Assembly: GCA_964057225.1 (NCBI GenBank)
Contig: OZ059899.1
Coordinates: 11,842,001 to 11,906,000 of the forward strand
Direction of reading: 5' to 3'
DNA from: Auanema rhodensis
Lineage: Eukaryota > Animalia > Nematoda
DNA length: 64,000 nt
Made by a program: the position numbers and the translations under genes
In this document: positions 56,204-64,000 of the stretch, one piece after another
How positions within the stretch are numbered: the first letter of the stretch is position 1
How the letters are laid out: each line of letters starts with the position of its first letter
The notes under the pieces: generated by a model
Databases searched by the model: none
Told to the model about the DNA's origin: nothing
What the model saw: only the letters and a program-made list of their open reading frames with translations

Positions 56204-58833
56204 ATTTCTATCATTGACCTATTCTCTATAATTCTCTTAATAATGTTCATTCTATCGTTCTTGCCCAATACTTTCTCGCTTTGTATGAACAGTAAAAATC
56301 TCCTATTTCATCCTACTGTAGAACAACCAATAAGAGTTTGCAAACAATAGAAAATCATGAAGTAATGGAGAGCTAGAACAAGAGTGAGTAAGTGAGTAAG
56401 TGATAGTAGAAAAAGAGAATTGTTCTGATATAATTTTTAAGATTGATTGAGTGTCAAGGACAAGGTCAAATTTCAGCTACCTTTTCATGATTATTTAGAA
56501 AGATATGATAAGACAGATAAATGAAGATGCCTTTAATATCATTAATATCCCATAGAAAAGCGAAATTTTCGTATTTTTTTTATGAAACAAGAAGTTAAAG
56601 AAAACAAAAATAGAAATATTGGCATCATTTAGATGTGAATGTGAACAGAAGATAAATTCTTCCATCATCTTCCCGTATTACAACTGAAATCTTATTCTCT
56701 TCATTCTCCATAATCTTTACTCAATATCGCTTCTATTCATCTTTCAACTTGAGGAAACATTAAAAAAAAGAAAAAAAAGTTCAACGATTATAATCGATGG
56801 AAATGTGTTAAAACTTACAAAAACATTTACTGGCCAATAAATTAAATGTTAAACCAAAGGTCTATGCCTTAGGGCCAAATTGCTATTGAATCAGCTGAAC
56901 AATTTTTGTTCAAATATCTTATGATCCTTTATCTGATATCATCTTTCCTACGGTGACCTAAATATGATTTATTCTTTGAATTGAAAGATTCTATTCATGT
57001 TATTTTGATTAATCTTCTTTATATATAAGTCTATTTAGGAATCAAATCTGGAGGAGGAGGAGGAGGACGAGGGAACAGTTGAAACCATTTCAAAATATCT
57101 TTATAATCGTATATTACCTTTAAATGGTATTTAATCTGTTATTAAAAAAAAGAAGAAAATCAATTTGTAATTTTAAGATGCTGAAAATTCGGAAAAAATA
57201 CTTTTACTAAAGCAATTACATAATCGCTATTTTGATGAGTCATATTCAAGTTGGTTTTTCGTTTAATTTTGAAGAAAAAAAGAAGACGAAAATCATCAAA
57301 TTTCAGAATTATTAACTTTACAATATATACAAAATATGGAAAAATGCGCTAATCGATGTCTACAAACATTAAATATAAGAAATGATTTTCAACATCAAAT
57401 ACTTTTGCATCGACTTATAAGTCTTCGTTGTGGAGGATGTAACCAAAATATAAGTATGATTTAAAAATTATTCATTCATTTATATATTATTATTCATAAT
57501 TATAGATCACATTGGTGAAATTCATACGGTTCTTTCATGTGGTTGTGTTACTCATTATGGATGTTCTTTAATTGCGCATAATTTCGAAATTTGCCATGTA
57601 AACGGTTAGCCATCATTACGTTATTTGAATATTTCGCGTGAATTACGTGAATGACAGAAAATGCATGCAAAGTCTCATTTGAATGTTTCAAATTCAAGTT
57701 TTTTGGTTGCATTTGCTAATTGTTTCCGTTTTATTAACTAAGTTTGTTCATTTTTTTTTCAGAAATATCATCAAATCGTTGGTTGAAAGCTATTGCCGCT
57801 CATCTATTTTATTTGCCATATAATCGAGATATAGGAGAATATTCATTTAGCAATGTAATACTATTATATAATTAGTATAATTAAAAATAATTTATTATTT
57901 TAGATCAGAATGCTTGTTAAGAATAGTGGTGTGGGATTCATAGCATTCCAACAAGGACAATTGATTTTATACGTTACTGATGAATTCAGATTCAATTCCA
58001 TTTTTTTTAAAATAAACCCAGGAATTCTTAAAGAGATTGAGACAGCAAATGTTGTTTTTGCATTTGATATACCAAGAGTAGAAAAAGCAGTAGCTGAGAT
58101 GAAGAATTGTCGTATAGAGGGCTCAGATGATGAACGGGCTCAAGTTCAAGATGTCTGCCCTGAAGCCCCTAATTTATCGGCTCAGGTTATTCTTATTATT
58201 TATTAATTGCATGATTATCTTGTTTAAGGCTGAGAAATACATAGTCCAAGCTCAAGCTCGTGCTTTGAAGCGCATTTTTCAATTTTGTTTTTTTGAAGTT
58301 CATCAACGAGATAGGGGAGGAATGTTTTTTTCTCCTCGTCGGTTTCCAAAAAAAGCGATTCTGGAGCAATGGTTGAAGGAAGAAAGCAAGAAGCGAGATC
58401 TCTGTGGTTTGAATCAGGTAATATTCACAAATAAAAGGTTATTTATAACATAAAGTTTGAAGTTATATCAACAACTAGTTGGTATGTATGAAATATTTGT
58501 GAGCAGTCGACCATGCTCTCTTCCCTGTAATACTTTTATGATGTTTTCTAACGTTCGTATGTTAATGGTAAGATAATTTATTAAATTTTAAAATTTCAAT
58601 TAATACTACTTAGGAGTTAAGAACGTATATTTACTCTAAAATTACGGACAGAAATCAGATTATTGATGCACTTGTTAATTGGATTGCCTGTAGCTGGCAG
58701 AGCAAGTATTTGGTAAGAAATGCAATTATAAGGAATATATTCATTTATATATATTCATTTGTAGGAATATTCACAACAGCATTCAAGATCTTCATTGGAA
58801 AGTGATCTAGAAGTTATTCAAGGAACAGAATAA
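55199..58833 (+). CDS. Uncharacterised 422-aa protein: acidic N-terminus, degenerate RING-like Cys/His cluster, possible inactive DEDD-exonuclease-like region
   Basis: 11 exons (55199-55225, 57039-57126, 57178-57249, 57307-57453, 57506-57604, 57763-57854, 57904-58185, 58229-58417, 58463-58567, 58614-58712, 58765-58833), all GT-AG and phase-consistent, 1269 nt open. Contains CGGC-x15-CGC-x2-H-x2-C-x9-CH. Exon 1 is the least certain. Confidence 0.75.
55410..55605. repeat. Inverted pair of GGGTTACGGTAGC motifs, copy 2 (intron 1 of the orphan gene)
   Basis: Perfect 13-bp inverted repeat at 55410-55422 and 55575-55587. The right arm is extended by N9-ACAGATGAC (55597-55605). Confidence 0.65.
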
Positions 58834-60728
58834 GATGTATCTATTAAAATCATTACTTCAACAATCATCTCTTCAATACTATATTGTTATTTATGAAATC
58901 TAATTTCATATTTATTTTTCTACCAAAACATTTCGTGTTCTTTTACATATTTGACTTAAAACAATTCCATTAATCATGTCATTTTATCAGTTAAGTCATC
59001 TAGTCTATATCTATCTAATCTCGCAACTTCATACTTTTGGAATGCCTAAATTGTTATATGATTTGCTCACTTCTTTTGATATCAAGTCAATTTAGGCATC
59101 AAAAGAATAAAAGTTTCAGCGTTCTCTCTGTTTAGTATCATCCATGTAATGGATATGAACTATATTCTTGCAACAGTGTCATATGGTGTACATAAAAACA
59201 ATTGTTTTTCTCTCTTTTTCACCTTTTATCTCTTTAAATCTTCAATTGTATTTTCATTTCAATTTACACTGCTTTTCAAGTGTTTTTTATTTGTTTCAAA
59301 ACAATAGTCGCGTAGATTCCTTGTCCTGTTCAAACTAAGGAAAATGGAACAATTGTCATATGCTGTACATAGTTAGTAGGTTTATTGTATCTTATCGTAT
59401 TTCCTTTCTTTCAGTTTATATATTGTAATCAGTTTTTACTCTGTGTACCTATCATCATATTATCAATTTATTTTTTAAAATCATTATTACATTAGCAATT
59501 CATTGTAGACATTTACTTAATGATTCGGTTGACAATAATTATTTATACAAAATAAATACATATATGTATTCTAAAGCACATACATTTAGAAATGAAAACA
59601 TACCTCAATAGACATAACAAAGGAATTGATGTTGAAAATGTTGAAATAACAACGAAACCAACCGCTTAGTGTGTTCGCAAATTTGAAAATGAATAAGCGA
59701 TGAAAATTAGCATGCTGCCACACAATGAAGTTTCAATTCAGTTCAGCAAACAAAACTTATTTTTAATCAAGTATTGTGTTGTCTAAACTGAATAGAAAGC
59801 TACATTTGAAACTTAGTTCGGTTAAGACACCGCTGTTCAAACGATTAAAGTCCCTTTACATTATATTTTACTTGTAAACGACACTCAATCGTTCGAACAG
59901 CAAAATCTAATTAAAAGTTGCTAAAAGAGTTTAAGGGCGATGTCTCTGGCGTAGTTCAGACCACAAACTTTAATCATCTCCTAAATCTGATGATGCTGAA
60001 CGACGTCAGTGACAGTTTTCTTCATGTAAATAGCAGAAGCGAATTTGAAAAATAAAGTGTCAATTCAAAAGATTGGCTGCATATGTTTAGAGGGGATTAT
60101 ATATACTAAGTTCCAAAGCAAGATAGCACCGCCTATATTCTGATAAGTTTTAAAATAAAACTTTTTTCTGCCTGATTATAACATGAGCACGTAAAAACAT
60201 TAGTGACACATCCATAAAATTATTCAATTTGGTTGCATTCATTTTCTTTTTTTTACAGAAAAATAATGATCATGTTTTAAAACATTTAATCGCATGATGT
60301 ATGATTAATATCTCGGAATTAATAATTCAAATTATTCTCACTTCAGTTTTGTCATACTTCGTTAAAAAGAAAAAATTTATTAGAGCATGTATCCTGGGAC
60401 ATAAATCAAAATAACAAAATGCTTGAATTTGCACAAGGAAACCTGAGCGGCTTCAGACAATTGTTTCCTACAATGCGAGACTAAACTACAAAGCCTTAGA
60501 TGGCACAACTTCGGAGTAATGGCTTTAGCTCAGCCATACTTTTGAAATCCGTAAGAATTTAGAAAAAACCGGGATAATCAGCAGGATGTGGATGACTGAA
60601 CGATCATCAATGCCTTAAAGGAATCACAAAAACCATACAACCATATTAGGAAATATTAACATGCTCAAGGTGAAATACTATAAAAATCTGTTTCACTATA
60701 AAACTTCTATGACAACTAGAAAACTTTT

Positions 60729-62225
60729 CTAGTACTTAACAATCTTCTTGATGGCATCAAAGACCTTCCATTTCGTTGGTAAGTAGAAAGGCTCATATAC
60801 ATGAGGGAATGGAGTGTCATAACCACAGACACGCTCAATTGGAGCTTCCAATGAGAGGAAGCAACGACGCTGTAAATAGATTATAAGTCTTACTATGATA
60901 TGAAGCTAATTTACCTGAATAGTAGCAGCAATTTCAGCACCGAAACCACTAGTAATTGGGGCTTCGTGGGTGACAACAAGACGTCCGGTCTTCAAGACAC
61001 TCTACAACAAATTTTTCAAAATTCTTCCAACTAATCAAGATATTACTTCGCAAATGTGGTCTTCATCCCATGGTTGAATAGTAGCAAGGTCAATAACTTC
61101 TACGGATACTCCCAAGTCCTTTTTGGCCATTTCAGCAGCTTCAAGAGCAACATGAACTTGGGTTCCCCAGGCAACAAGAGTGACATCAGTTCCTATAAAG
61201 GTATTAATGAAAGTATCAGATTAGTCTAGGGATACCCGACACGACGGTTTCAGCTTTGCCAATGGGTATAGTATAATCCCCAGCTGGTACTTCTTCAACA
61301 GCCATACGGTAGAGGATCTGAATCAATTATATGTATATTGTTTAAGAGAGAACAAGCTACAACCTTAGGCTCGAAGAAAATACATGGATCAGGGTCACGG
61401 ATACAGCTGAGTAATAATCCTTTAGCTTGAATAGGGCCACGGGGAACGACAACCTAGAATATAAGTATTAAGCCGATACAATATCAATTTTCAAACTTTA
61501 AGTCCTGGTGTGTGTGTGAAATGCGCTTCTGGAGATTGAGAATGGTAAAGAGCTCCATGACCTACTGCTCCCCAGGTGGCACGAATAGTCAAACTTCCAC
61601 AATTGAAAAGATTTCCAGATCTATATCTATATTTAGCTGCTTCATTGACAATCTAAAAATACTTTACGTTATTGAATCAATTAGTAAGGTTTACTTGATC
61701 GTAAGCAGGGAAAATGTAATCTCCAAATTGAATTTCGGCAATAGCAGTAGAACCAGCTACAGCAAGACCAACTCCAAATCCAGCAATACCTTGCTCACAG
61801 AGAGGAGTATTGAAAACTCTGTCTTTGCCTGAAAATTACCTATGAGCGCATAATCTATACTCTGTACTTTACCATATTTATCTTGAAGCCCTAAGGAACA
61901 ACGAAATACACCTCCGAATGCGACATCTTCTCCGAAGATAACCTGCAACATTGAATATATGAATATCTAACGAATGGCGAATGCTAACAGCTGAATCGTC
62001 AGTTTTCATAGCGACGTCCATAGCACTGTTGACAGCTTGACATAAGTTCATCTTAGTAAGATCTCCTCCTTAACAAAAAAGTTTATTTCTAATCGAAAGA
62101 TATATACACGAACCATTAAGGCTAGGAGAAGCAACTGATGGTTGAAAAGTAAAATGAGCTGCCGATCGTGTTTGAGCTAATGGAATAACTCCCCTAGTTG
62201 TTAAAGAAAGTACTCGTGAAGCCAT
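60729..62225 (-). CDS. bckd-1B: Branched-chain alpha-keto acid dehydrogenase E1 beta subunit (BCKDHB)
   Basis: Mitochondrial presequence, [118 protein letters not shown]. Confidence 0.96.
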
Positions 62226-62523
62226 ATCTTAGATTAGTTCCATTAAAAGAAGAAAATTGTAAAAACAACGAAAGATACATGGCGTTATCACGCAATGAAA
62301 GAAAAAAAAGGAAAAAGAAAAGTGCTCATTTATAATCATAAATAAGATGATACTCAAGAGCCACCACGGCTTGTAACCACCAATACAAAAAAAAAATTTC
62401 AGCAAACGAAGATAATAATATTTCGTGCTAATAACAACGGACGTGCCCATTTAAAACAAAATAATTCTCTCAAAAGTTGAAATCTAACACGAATGAAAAT
62501 GAAAATGAAATTTTCAATCAGCA

Positions 62524-64000
62524 TTAGCTTGCTGAGGCAGACGCGTCGTTTTCATCTTCAGAATCTAAGCCTTCTACGTCCTCTACGTCGAACAAATCTT
62601 CATTGATAGCCATTTGGGCAACACCGGCTGCAAGTCAATTATTTTGAAAGCAGCGATAGCGTTGAAAACTAACCACCAAGAGCATCAGCGCCTGAAGCGG
62701 CCTCCTCATCTTCGTCCATACCCTCAAACTTGAAGAAGTTGGCATCGATTTCAAAGATATTCTCATTAGCCTGTAAAAGGAATATACGAATTAAAATTAG
62801 AGAAATAAATAACCTCGGCATCTTCTCTTTCATAACAGACATCATCAGCTTCGTCGTCGTCGGCAATAAGATCGGCGTTGAAAGTAAACAAATCTCTTCC
62901 TGTCATTCCCAACTTAAATAATTAATAAAAATGACTGATAAAATCTCTAATTCAATTACAGCTTTTCCCATTTTAACTTTTTCCTTCTTGGCTTTCATAT
63001 CAGCTTCTTCTTTTTCTTTCTTCTCTCTCAGCTTCTTCTTCTTCCAGGCAACAAAGGATTGAAGGGTAATCTTGGTAAGATTCTTCGAAGAAAGAGCGGC
63101 TCGCTAAATATCAGATGTTAAATATATGCCAAAACTAAGCCTAATTTACTTCTTTCTCGATTAATTCTTCGAGACTGATCTCATTTTCCTTCTTCTGGTC
63201 TTCCATCTTCTTTCTATCCTTCTTCAGAATATATCTGACATTGAACAATGTAATTACTTTAACCATAAGTCTTCATACCCTTCTGGAAGACAATGACGAT
63301 ATTGGCATTTATCTCCACCATTGGGACACTCCCAGAACCATCCGTATTTAGATTCTTCTACAGCTTGAATGAAGTATTTGCACTGGAAAATAAACCAAAT
63401 TTAAGAATTATCTTAGGTTATACATACCACAATTGAAGTAAGAGCCTTATTAGCTGCAGTTTGTTTCTGATCAACAACGGTCTTCAATTTGTCTTCATCC
63501 CAGTCGTCCATGTTATCTAAAACTGTTCGTTATCAGAACTTTTAAAATAAAAAAAATTAAACCTGCTCCTTCTTCACCAAGATCTCTGCTGTCGACATAA
63601 AGATTCTTCTTAACAGTCTTCTGCTCTACGGCAAGATCGTGACTGAACTTACACTTGCTTCCCTTGTGGCACATACCTTGTTTGAAGAACAAACAAACTA
63701 TAGATTTAGGATCAACCTCTGCAGAACAGTAAAATAAACTGGGTAAAAGGCTGAACAAAACCTTTGCCAACTTTTTGTTCTACTGGTCTCAGGAGATTAT
63801 TCAGATCGAGAAGGGGATCAATATCCTTCTCCTTCTTCTTAGCTAGAGCATCTGCTAACAACTTCTCCTTACTCTGATTATTTCCACGAATCTTGAAAAT
63901 TAAAAATAGCTTAAACTTGGTAAAAATTAAACAGTACTTGACTTTGAACTTGTTGGACATATTTTTGATTCTTATTACCCTTCTTGTTTTTTAAACCAAA
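62524..64000 (-). CDS. ZC3H15: ZC3H15/DFRP1 (Tma46) homolog, 5' end beyond the window
   Basis: [119 protein letters not shown]. Confidence 0.93.

Noticed and set aside
63135-63144. CTAAGCCTAA, matching a nematode telomerase template / telomeric repeat
   Set aside because: Single 10-mer inside a ~46-nt intron, on the strand opposite the host gene; no room for a telomerase RNA.

Overview
AT-rich eukaryotic DNA from a rhabditid-type (clade V-like) nematode, with many very short (~42-55 nt) GT-AG introns. The species cannot be determined from sequence alone. The supplied unspliced ORF track is mostly exon fragments or spurious, so I spliced genes by hand. Gene order: cuticle collagen (+), troponin C pat-10 (-), an unrecognised 172-aa C4 zinc-ribbon protein (+), a tandem-BTB/C2H2 zinc-finger protein (+), FAM91A1 (+), an ~8 kb gene-poor stretch with a candidate microprotein, GOPC/gopc-1 (+), IP3 3-kinase lfe-2 with two alternative N-termini (+), tgs-1 (+), nAChR unc-29 (+), dlk-1 (+), tRNA-Val(AAC) (-), an unrecognised 422-aa RING-like protein with a possible dead-exonuclease region (+), BCKDH E1-beta (-) and a 5'-truncated ZC3H15 (-). 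The most unusual area is 53.0-58.8 kb. There the orphan gene is preceded by a ~170-nt multi-hairpin element and associated with two ~180-bp inverted pairs of a GGRTTACGGTA motif, two copies of which carry an E-box at an identical 9-nt spacing. Also notable: frequent AAG 3' splice sites, several candidate structured ncRNAs, and micro-synteny with C. elegans chromosome I (recalled, unverified). All homology calls come from motif recognition, not database searches.
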